Origin: Camelus ferus
Taxonomy: Eukaryota
Direction: 5' to 3'
DNA length: 64,000 bases
Assembly: GCF_009834535.1 (NCBI RefSeq)
Contig: NC_045696.1
Coordinates: forward strand, 52,454,001 to 52,518,000
Shown piece by piece: positions 50,911 through 64,000 of this stretch. The notes below the pieces were generated by a model, which saw only the letters and a list, made by a program, of their open reading frames with translations, ran no database searches and was not told the DNA's origin. Position 1 is the stretch's first letter; each line of letters opens with the position of its first letter. Position numbers and translations under genes: made by a program.

Positions 50911-51277
50911 TTCTGGGTTGTTTCCATGGTGCCAGAGTCAGCAGGCTATGGAGCAGCTGATAAGACCCGGGCTTGGGGCAGCCTGTCTTCTTGGAGAATC
51001 TTTCTTCAACTGAAGCTGAGTAACTGGGCAGCATTAACTTCCAGGGACAGGGAACCTATGGGCCCCTTCCCAGTGTTTCAGTCTCTACATTTCCCTACAT
51101 TTCACTTCCCTGCAGCTCACTCAGCCTGTGCACAGTCCTGTGTATATACTGTCAGTGGGCCCACTAAGCTTGGTAATAGTACACACAGAGGACCAGACAT
51201 TGTTCCTTGTGATCTAGTGTGGATTTATGGTGAGAAAAAGTTCTGGCAGGCAGATATAGTGTCACCATATCATAGAC

Positions 51278-51433
51278 CAGTGCTTCTCAAACCTTAACCT
51301 GCGTCTGAATCACCTGGGGATCTTGTTAAAGTGCAGGCTCTAGTTCAGTAGGTCTGCGGTGGGACCTGAGATTCTTCATTTTAAGCATGTACCCAGGTGA
51401 GGCTGATGCTGCCTGGTTCATGGACCATAGTTT
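51278..51433. mobile_element. MER5A-like MITE
   Basis: cagtgcttctcaaac...gaatcacctgggga...caggtgaggctgatgctg. Confidence 0.85.
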
Positions 51434-51799
51434 CCCTTTCTCCCAGTCACGGAAACCCAGGCTCTTTCACAACAGGAGCCCAAGATTGGTCCTTGCTTTA
51501 AAAGCTAATTGGAGCCAGGGTCTAAAAGAAACAGTTATTATCTTACTGTAATCATAGTTTCTTTTCTCTTCCACCTCTTCCTAATCTCCACCCTTTCTAA
51601 GGAAAAAAGGAATTGAAGAGAATGGCAGAGAGCAAGGAAGGGAGGAAAATAAGAGAGAAAGAAAAACAAAAACCAGATTGGCAATGTGCTATATGGTCAG
51701 AAACAGCCAAGCTGTAGATTTCTGTGATGCTGGCAGCAGGTGCCACTGGATTGGAGCCTCTTCTTGTTTAGCAGGGTCAACATTATCCATTTTGTGAAA

Positions 51800-52900
51800 G
51801 AAAAAAGGAAGCCATACGGATGAAATCTGCAGACACCAGAGGGAAAGACGCTGTGGACAAGCATCTTTCCCTTTGGTGAGTAAGCGGGTGTCCTTGGGGT
51901 TAGAAGCCCAGAAGAAAGCCTTGTGATCCTGTTAAAGTAGTGCCATTAATGGGCTGTGGCTGGGCATTTATCCAACAGAGCGCCCCTCGCTGCAGTCCCG
52001 GGGGTGTTGATTTACTCCTTGATGGTGTCTGTACTGTAGAATATGGCTGCATTTCTTGGCTTCTTAGGCTGGCGGAGGGGGTGGGTGGAAGCAAATGCTT
52101 TTGAAGTGATTTTTTTTTTGCTAAAACATTCAAAGTTCTTTTTCCTAAGGGGGATGAAATATTTTCTGAGTTTTCACTGTACAGTTTCTCCAAGCTATAG
52201 AAGAAGGGGGCAGGGAATGGAGGCGGGAAACAGCCTTAGTCAGGAATGTTCTCTGGAGTAATACCAGTCAGGGCGGTGGGGGAAGGGAGCTTTTTCCTAT
52301 AAGGCAAGCCTCTCTCTCTGAATGCAAGGAGAAGAAATATGAAAATCAGGGCCTGCTCACCAGGGAAAAATTGTCAATGCGGTGGTGGAATATACATGTG
52401 AATGGAATATTTAAAACAGGCTTGGTCAAAGCTCCATGAGGTATTCTGTGCAGTGCAGCATCTCTGCCAGTCACCTGCTATCTTTCTGACTCTCCATCCT
52501 GGTCTCAGGGCGGGGGTGTCGGACAGGCCAGGGTTGATGCTGATAGCCGTTGTCTGTCTATTGTCTGTCTATTTTCTGTCTCTGTTCTCAGGGGGTGTGT
52601 GTGTGAGTGAGTGAGCTGTGTGGTGGGGGAAGGGTGACAGCCAGGGCTTTCCAGGAGCAAGTGTCTCTGGAGCTGAGTTCAGGCCCTGGCGCCAGCCTTC
52701 CAGAGGGAAATCAGAGCACGGTAATTAGGCATCTCCCCCCTCAGGCAAGTGGTGAAGGAGTTTTCTTTCCCTGAACACTAGCCTGCAGAGATGAAAACCA
52801 GGAGGCAACAGCAGGATTTGCCTGCTCCCTCAGCTCAGGATTCCTGAGGCCCGTGATGAGAAGGTTGTGCTGCTCTGAACATCTGTCACAGGTGACATTT
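51800..52900. promoter_or_regulatory. CpG-enriched, repeat-free promoter/enhancer-like patch
   Basis: About 16 CpGs in ~1.05 kb, visibly above background. GC boxes GGGCGG at 52271 and 52508, TATAAG at 52298, CTCF-like motif near 51978-51995. Confidence 0.35.
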
Positions 52901-53129
52901 GCTATTGATTTGAGCATCCTGGTCTCTTTTCCATAGAACTTTCTTACCCACTTGTTTGATTTATCACAAAGAAATCATATTCATCCTTGAACATTGAAAA
53001 CTGTGGCTTTCTGAGAAAAATGGCTTAGTGAGAGGCAGGGAGTTAGAACAGGGAGGTATACGTTTACTTACAGGAAATCTCCATGGAACTGGAAATAACT
53101 TAAAACTTAAAATAGCCTATTTTGAGAGA

Positions 53130-53330
53130 GAACTTACAGTTTTTTAATTGATTTGCATGTGTCATTCCATTGAGTTTCAAAAGAGGACTGAGGTAGGCAT
53201 TGTGATGGCCGTTTCACGAATGGGGAGACTGAGACTCTGAGAGGCTGTGATTCGTCCAGGGTCACACAATGCAAGTGGCAGATGTGGGACTCAGTAAAAG
53301 GCCTTCCACTACATTGTGACAGCTCTCCAG
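53130..53330 (-). mobile_element. MIR
   Basis: tggggagactgagactctgagagg...ccagggtcacaca. Confidence 0.75.
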
Positions 53331-53644
53331 AAATGAACTGCTCCATATCATCTCCACATGGCAACCCTACCTGCCTTAGCCATCCATTTTACTATTGCCT
53401 GTAGAAAATAGATCAACCCCCGCCCACTTTGTCATTCTGGGCCACATTATTGGTTGTTATCATCTCATTGGATTTATTTTTTTAAAAGATCAAAATTTCC
53501 CCTAGTGGACTATAAAGGGAGGTTGCCAAGCCTGTCCTACTCACTGTGATTTCAGGGGAAGCACAGGGTACCGCTTCTGTGCCAGTGTTATAAAGATGAT
53601 CTGAGACACCAGCTTTTACCACATTTTGGTTTAAAGCAAGTGAG

Positions 53645-53860
53645 AGGCAGTAGAGTAATGTAAATATCAGCATGGGTTTTGGAATCGGAGCTCCCTGCAT
53701 AGTCCAGTCTTGTCACTGATTAACCTTTCTAGGCCTCAGTTTTATCATCTATAAAACAGGAATAATAATACCTCTCTGAGAGGGACTCTGTGAGGGTTAA
53801 AGGATGCATGTGAAATGGTCAGTAGGGTGCATAGTCCTGAAATGTTAGTGGCTGCTATTT
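53645..53860 (+). mobile_element. MIR
   Basis: gcctcagttttatcatctataaaacaggaataataatacct...gtgagggttaaa. Confidence 0.8.
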
Positions 53861-54959
53861 TTAGGTGCATAGACTGTGCAGTAGGACACTTTAGAAGACA
53901 TTTGACTTTGAAAGACTTGCAAGAATTTGAGGTGATTTAAATCACTTTCAACTGACAGGATTTTACTTTCAGCTCTGTGATTCTGGGGGTCTAGGAAATA
54001 CTATGATTCATGCATCTTTGTATTTCTCACAATTACCAAGCACAAGGTCTTACACGGAAAAGGTGCTCAATTAATTCCAGTTGCCTGGGGTGAGATGGGA
54101 AGGAGTGTGAACGTTGTGGGGGTAGGGGATGCTGGTTGCAAAGCTATGGGGAGAAGGGGTATGTGGGATGTGCCCTTTGACCGCAACCCAACGTCTTTGG
54201 ATACCTTCTTTATAGCTTTGCCTTTGGGGCACAATATTCTTCTTTCTCCTATACTTTTTCCAGAATTCGGTGTTAACAGGGGGACTTATGATTGTTGTTT
54301 TCAGTATAATAAGCTCTGTGCTACTAGGTATGAGAGACTCTTTGTTCGTAATTAAAGAGAGAAGCAGTTACCAAAATAGACAGAACTTCTAACATTCCTC
54401 AGCTTTGGAGGTTAAAGACTAACCACTTCTGAATACACTGTCCTGCTATTCTTGGCCCACACCTTTCTCTTCCTGATTATTCACCAAGTCTACGTTCTTA
54501 CACGTTCCATTCTTTTTCTCTTCCTAGATGAAACTGTGCTTTCCTGGGTTCCCTGGCCATTGCTGTAGTCACAAAGAGCTATACCTTAGGCTCAATTCTG
54601 TCTTCCAAGTGTCTCCTCTACCTTTTATGAATTATCCCTTGAGATCCCCATTTCAATACTGGAGAAAGCAGAGAGGCCCTGTGTTCAAGACCTCTGGGAA
54701 TCTGAGATAAAGAGACCTCTTTAGATCTGTTTACCTTGGGGTTGATGACCAGTAAAATGTCTGTTTTGATCGGGGTCATCTTGATGGGTAGAGCTGCCTA
54801 TATGCTGAGATGGAGAAGGGAAGCTACAGTGAGGTATGATAGAAATATCATTGGGAGTCCTATATACCCCCAAGTCACATTACTCTTAAGGTGTTAAAAG
54901 GGCTTAGTGCTTGTTGTTTATTAGTTTTAGCACCTAAAGTTCTACATTAGAGATGCTCA

Positions 54960-55180
54960 ATCCGATTGAACCAGGTAGACCCAGAATCATTTTCTAGCTT
55001 TGACCACTACTAGATCTATGACCTCAGGCAAATTACTTTAGTTACCTCATTCTGTAAAATGGGAAATATAATCTATCTCCTTTGTGATTGTGCATGAAAT
55101 AGAAATAATCGGTGTAAAGTGATTCTTGGTGACTGATACATATTAGATGCACAATAAATGGGAGATACTTATTATTAAAA
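54960..55180 (+). mobile_element. MIR
   Basis: tgacctcaggcaaattactt...cctcattctgtaaaatggg. Confidence 0.7.
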
Positions 55181-56449
55181 CATTTAAATATGTATAGACT
55201 AATATTTACTATAAATATTAAAGTATTATCGACTATTCCTCCAGAAACCACTCACTGAAATATTAATAGACCTCCGGGGAGGAGTAATATACCCAGTTTA
55301 TCAGTTTAACCAGCTTTCACCTTGGAAAGCAGTGGTGAGGTTGCAAGTTATGGGACAAAGAGAGTAGGATGTTAGAGGAAAGTGGGTGGTGCCCACAGAC
55401 TAAATTGGAGACAGATGTCTATCACTAATGTGTGTTAGTTGGCATGATGATGATGCTGAGAACTATGGTGGATCAGGCCACAGAACTCCTAGCCATGGGA
55501 AGTGTCCTTTATCACAACAGTACCAAGTGGGCATTGACGTTCCTATCATTTTGATGAAAAAAAAAAAAGAAGAAGAAGAAGGAGAAGAAGAAGCAAATAT
55601 ATCAAGTATCAACTCAAGTTTATAAAATGGATGAATGAAATAGCTTGGATTTGAACCCAAAGCCTGTTCTCTTCTCACAGTATCATACTGTCCTCCTTAC
55701 TTACTTATTCTTCATTCCACACAAAGTAAATGTTTTGCTATTAACCACATATTCCACTTATCCATTCAGTATCCATTTAACCAGTATTTGTTGGAAACCT
55801 CCTATTTGCCAGGGAGTTTATAGAGGATACAAATAGGATACAATTCATAAGGCATTACCCCTCATCTCCCAGCGCTTGCAGTCTGATAGGGGAAATAATT
55901 GCAGTACAAGGCAGAATGTAAAAAATGCCAAAAGAGAAGTATGTTTCTCTCCTTCCCACAGATAATCAATAATTAATCTTACTTTGTATTTTTCTCATAC
56001 CTGTCTTCCAAGGAAACCAAATGCTTTGCATATATTATCTTGTCAACACTCCCAATAGTAGAACAGCTTCATAGTTCAGTTCCAAAAACCTATCAGCTTG
56101 TAAAACTGTGTGCAGCCAATCTCAGTTTCTCATGTCAATCAGAGCTGTGACACAGTGTCTTGCAATTAACATCAATAATCTCAAGTACACAACACCAGCC
56201 ATGGGGGTCACATACCTCAGTTTTATTTAGATCTGCATAAGCCCATAGTCCACTTTTACTTTTATATATTATGGACTGATAAGCCAGTCAGTGGGGCAGT
56301 AGTGGGGAGAAAAAAAAAAAAAGAAGGAAGCAGTTCCTTTCCATTTGGCCAGCAGCAGAAGGCAAACCCCCAAGGGAAGTTAAGGGGCACTGGGGAGTAT
56401 CTGAATGCTGAGTTATAATGAAGCCTACCATGTATGGAAAACTGACCAC

Positions 56450-56700
56450 GTGCTAGGAGCAGTGCTGAGTGCCTTACATTCAGCACTTAACACCACCCAG
56501 ACACACCGAGATTAAGAGGGCTGTACTTAATTTTAGTCAAGCACTCTTATTGTTTCCATTCTCTTTTAAGTGAAGAAACTGAAACTCAGATTAGTTAAGT
56601 AACTTGACTTAGGCTAGGCAGTGAATCTGAAGTGAGCTGGAGCTCAGCCACAAATCAGATCTTTTAAAGCTCAGGTCCTAATGACTATGCCATACTCCTT
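56450..56700 (-). mobile_element. MIR
   Basis: tgaagaaactgaaactcagattagttaagtaacttg. Confidence 0.7.
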
Positions 56701-56804
56701 ACCAAGATTGGGAGAATCAAGAAAAGCTGCAGGTAGGTAAATCCTAAATGTCTGGGGAGGCTGCAGGCAAGAACTAGGAAGATAGAAATTGGGAAGCAAT
56801 CAAG

Positions 56805-57288
56805 TTTAAGGTGAGACATGAAATGTGTAACAGTAAGAGCTCTTGTTTGAAATAACTGAAGCCCAACTCAAGCTATCTTAAATTATAGAGAAACTTTTTG
56901 TCTCAAGGCAGTATTGGAAGAAGAATGGGTCCAGTGGTCTTCATCTGGGAAATGAAGGCCTCAGGTCTCTGTCTGTCTCTGTCTCTTCATACTGCAACTC
57001 TGCTTCTCTCTTTTCTTTTCATTCTTTGACACCAGCTCACTCCATGAGGCTGAAACCATGTCTATATGCTGCCTCAGAATATCTTCAAAGCTTCATGACC
57101 TGTGAGGAAAAGGAGCTCTTTTCTATAAATTTCAGTTAGAAAAACCGCTAGACAATTTCTGATTGGTTTTGCCTAGATTATTTACCTTCCTGTGATTAGG
57201 GTCATACTTTGGCTGGAACCTCACCCCAATCAACCAGAAGGATGAAAACTGTTTCTTCTTCTAGAAAAAGAGGAAAAAAGATATTAGT
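56805..57288 (-). mobile_element. Old MLT1 LTR; its last ~40 bp resume after the L1 at ~60828-60868
   Basis: aactgaagcccaactcaagc, tttctgattggttttgcctagatta. The terminal caacagatatttactaca lies beyond the L1. Confidence 0.6.
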
Positions 57289-60827
<3,539 letters not shown>

Positions 60828-61079
60828 GAGAGATGTCGGGCTTACAATAACAACAGATATTTACTACAAGCAGAAACCAGTTTAGCCGTAAGAATAACAG
60901 ACATTAATTATGTATAGAAAATACACCTTAGGAGAAGATTTTTCCCACCCAATGAGGCTTCCTGCTGCCACGTGTTAATCCACACCAACCTAAGATGTAC
61001 AGCATCACAGAGTCACAGAATCCTTCCATCTCATACCTCTCCCCATTGCTCTCTCTGATTTGTTCACATTGTTATTCCT

Positions 61080-61475
61080 TTGGCCACTAATCTTGTACGT
61101 ACCAAGCTCATTCTTCCTTAGCTTATACTAGCTGTTCCTCTGTTTGCAATAACTTTCCCCAAGTTATTCAGATATCAACTCAAATATTACCTCCTTATAG
61201 AGGATGTCCCTGGCTTCTTTTTTACTATAAAGCAGTCCCTTGCCAGCTTTGTCTTACCATAGTGCTTAACACCACTAATATTCTTATTTTCTTTTCACCT
61301 CTCCTCTTATCTTCATTCCTTCTTGGTTTCACTTCACTAAAACATAGGTTCTATGGGAGCAGAGATCTTTTCTGTCTTACTGTCCATGACAATGCCAGCG
61401 CCTGCACTAGTCTGCTGTACTATATGCAGGTCCTTAATACATATTTGTTAAATAAATTACTGAATGAATGAACGC
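61080..61475 (+). mobile_element. L2 3' end
   Basis: ctcaaatattacctcctt...gggagcagagatc...atatttgttaaat...gaatgaatgaa. Confidence 0.75.
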
Positions 61476-61744
61476 TAAACTTAGAAGGGACACAACATTT
61501 AACTTGGAGATTTGTATATAAGAAGTGCTTCAAATGTGTTTTTGAATGAGTGAAAAATAGGAGAATCCAGGAAACCTATACTATTGGAATGTGCTGGGAA
61601 TATTGCTGAATTTGAATGATATAGCCAAGACTTCAAATCTTCACACCAGGGTTGAACAGCAAACATTCACCTTCCCCTTCCACATCCTTGTTAGGTTGTA
61701 TGAGCCGTATGAGAGTGGTATTTTGGAAAAGGTCTGTCTTCTTG

Positions 61745-61910
61745 CATGGCTATCATTTATTGAGCATATGTCATATGCCAGACATCATGCCAGGTACTGT
61801 ACGTGTATTAGCTCCAATTTTGAGAGCCCAAGTAGTAGGTAACTTGCCCAGGGTCTAAAGGTTTATAAAAGGCAGGAATGGGATCAGAACCCACTTCACT
61901 GCATCACTGA
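61745..61910 (-). mobile_element. MIR
   Basis: tttattgagc...tatgccag...taacttgcccagggtc...gggatcagaaccca. Confidence 0.7.
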
Positions 61911-62089
61911 GGAAGTGTTTTGCACAAGTGCTCCAGCAGATCAAAGAGATTTCAGAGTTGTGTGTTTGATAAGATCTAACAATTGGTACCTCCCCACAAA
62001 CTCATCTCATTTTTATGTATGCCTGGCATGTGAGTGAATAGATGAAATTCTATTCATGGTTGTCCCAGAGGTTTTTGTGTCTTAGGACA

Positions 62090-62265
62090 ATTGTTTAAAA
62101 TTATGGTCCTTAAACCAACACATCAGCATACCCTGAGAACATGTTAAAAATGCAAATTCTCAGACTCCATTCTTGACCTACTGAGTCAGAAACTCTGGGG
62201 GCAAAACTCAGTTTTAAGTCCCCCAGGTGATCCTGATTCACACTAGTGTTTGAGAATCACTACTT
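62090..62265. mobile_element. MER5A-like MITE
   Basis: aatgcaaattctcag...cctactgagtcagaaactctgggg...tttgagaatcact. Confidence 0.85.
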
Positions 62266-62342
62266 CAGGATGTCTTTTGCGAAGCCGTATAATTTCAGCT
62301 GAAGAGTACTTAGATACTTAGATATCAGTGAAGAAATGAGAG

Positions 62343-62456
62343 TAGAGTGACCAGTTGTCCTGGTTTGTCCAGGCCTGAAGTGGTCCCCAGAATGTGGGAT
62401 TTTTAGCTTTATAACCAGGACAGTCCTGGGCAAATCAGGATAAGCTGGTTACTGTA
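62343..62456 (+). mobile_element. MER81 hAT-Blackjack MITE (second partial copy at ~62981-63045)
   Basis: TAGAGTGACCAGTTGTCCTGGTTTG start and gtcctgggcaaatcagga internal inverted repeat. Confidence 0.85.
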
Positions 62457-62510
62457 TTATTATTACTATTATTATTATTACTATTATTATTATTATTATT
62501 ATTATTATTA
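62455..62510. repeat. (TTA)n microsatellite
   Basis: Direct reading. Confidence 0.95.
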
Positions 62511-62963
62511 GCTGTCCTAACAAATTGCCAGAAACTTATAGCTTAAAGCATTTATTATCTTTACAGTTCTGTAGATCAGATCCAACATGAGAGTTACTGA
62601 GCTAAACTCAAAGTGTTAGCAGGATGTGTTTCTTTCTGAAGGTGTAGAGAGAATTTGTTTCATTACTTTTTCTGGTTTCTGGAGGGCCCCATGCTCTGCC
62701 TTCAAAGCCAGCAATGTTGCTTTTCTGTGACCATTCTTCCACAGTCATGTTACTCTCTGTCTCTAGCCAGAAAATGTTCTTTGATTGTAAGGACCCATGA
62801 GATTAGTTAGATAGGGCCCACCTGGATCATCCAAGCCACTCTCTCCATCTCAAGAGCTTTAACTTACACTGTAAAGTCACTCTTGCACGTAGGGTAACAT
62901 ATTCGTAGGTTCCAGGGATTAGGATGCAGACATCTTTTGGGAGCTACTCTTCTGCCTACCACG
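62510..62963 (-). mobile_element. MLT1C/D-like MaLR LTR
   Basis: cttcaaagccagcaa, gggcccacctggat, ggttccagggattaggatg, tctgcctaccac terminus. Confidence 0.85.
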
Positions 62964-63859
62964 GTTGCTGTAACTAGAAGCCTGGGATGTGAAATTTTCA
63001 ATATTAAAACCAGTAAAGCCCTAGGCAGAACAGGACAAGTTAATCCTTTCATTGGGGTGGCAGAGTGCCGAGAGGGGCCATATTGCTGTGGAGGTGGCCA
63101 CATCGTGCAGTACTGAAAGAGACTCTAAAAGCACACTCTGGAGTCAGGCGAAAGTCAAAAGGAGGCAGGTCTGTTTTCCTGAGTTGCCTATTCTGTGATT
63201 TTGTGTAACCTTTTTTTGCTTGTAACATGATCACACATTTGTGGACATTTTTGTTGTTGCGTATAACCATACTAATATATTGTTAGTCACTAACCACAGG
63301 TAATTCACTGTTGCTTATAAAATGCTACATTAAGTACTGCTACCATTAGTTATCAAGTTTTGAGGGTAGCAAAAACAAATCAGGGCTTTAATTGTCTGAA
63401 TCTGGCTCTGTGTGTGTGATCAGCATGTGATCAGGGCCTTGCTGAGCCCTAAGAGAACTCATGAAACATATTCACAGGAATGCAGGCTGTAGAGTAGCTC
63501 TTGCAGGGAAGTAATGTTCCATGAGTATTTTATTGTATAGAGTATATAGCAAGGATTTATTTATTCTGTGTAAATATCTCACTGCCTCTAGTTCTACCGC
63601 CTCTTCAGATGGAATGCCCCAAACAAAATGCCTTCTATAGCGGCTGGAAATAGATATACATATAGAGTATTGATTATGCTGCTGAAGCTTTATGAATTTA
63701 ATATAAACATGGATAGATAAAACTGATGTGTCCTTCTTCTTCGTGGTGACCGGGAGTCTGCAAAAGGACGTGGTTGAGGGCTGTGCCCATGTGAGGTCAT
63801 AGGTACCATTCTACTTTACATCATGACGCAAATGCTTTTCTGTAAAGGAGTGAGCACAG

Positions 63860-64000
63860 TCCTTGGAATGAAGGTCAACAAGGAAGGGCTCAAATCCCCG
63901 ACAAATCCCTATTCACTGTGTGACCTAAGGGACATTTCTCGTCTTTCTGAGCTTAAATTTTCTCATATTAAAAAAAAAAGAGTAATAATACCTCATATTT
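63860..64000 (+). mobile_element. MIR (cut by window edge)
   Basis: ctgtgtgacct...ctgagcttaaattttctcat...taataatacctca. Confidence 0.7.

Noticed and set aside
51866..51876. TTCCCTTTG resembles the miR-204/211 5' end
   Set aside because: The match stops after 9 nt and lies in the 3' arm, so it is not that miRNA.

Overview
This is AT-rich, CpG-depleted mammalian genomic DNA, not prokaryotic. It is most likely camelid (camel/alpaca), judged from a tRNA-Ala-type (vic-1-like) SINE and young L1 3' UTRs, with no Alu, B1, Bov-tA, PRE-1 or Can-SINE seen. Roughly half the window is recognisable interspersed repeat: young and old LINE-1, L2, MIR, MamSINE1, ERVL/MaLR solo LTRs and hAT MITEs (MER3, MER5, MER63, MER81, MER94), plus microsatellites. 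The only ORFs I can recognise are LINE-1 ORF2 remnants. I recognise no host protein-coding exon, RNA gene or CRISPR array, so the window reads as intronic or intergenic. I found no convincing novel biological system. The best leads are: a 19-bp hairpin overlapping a consensus 5' splice site in a CpG-enriched promoter/enhancer-like patch (51.8-52.9 kb); an L1 with both ends but lacking ORF1 and the endonuclease; a young L1 with an 18-bp TSD and an apparent ~16-nt 5' inversion; a chimeric L1-3'UTR/unknown-sequence poly(A) insertion; an LTR-in-LTR nest; and a double hairpin at 34.7 kb. Repeat family names come from recalled consensus sequences, not a database search, and most boundaries are approximate.
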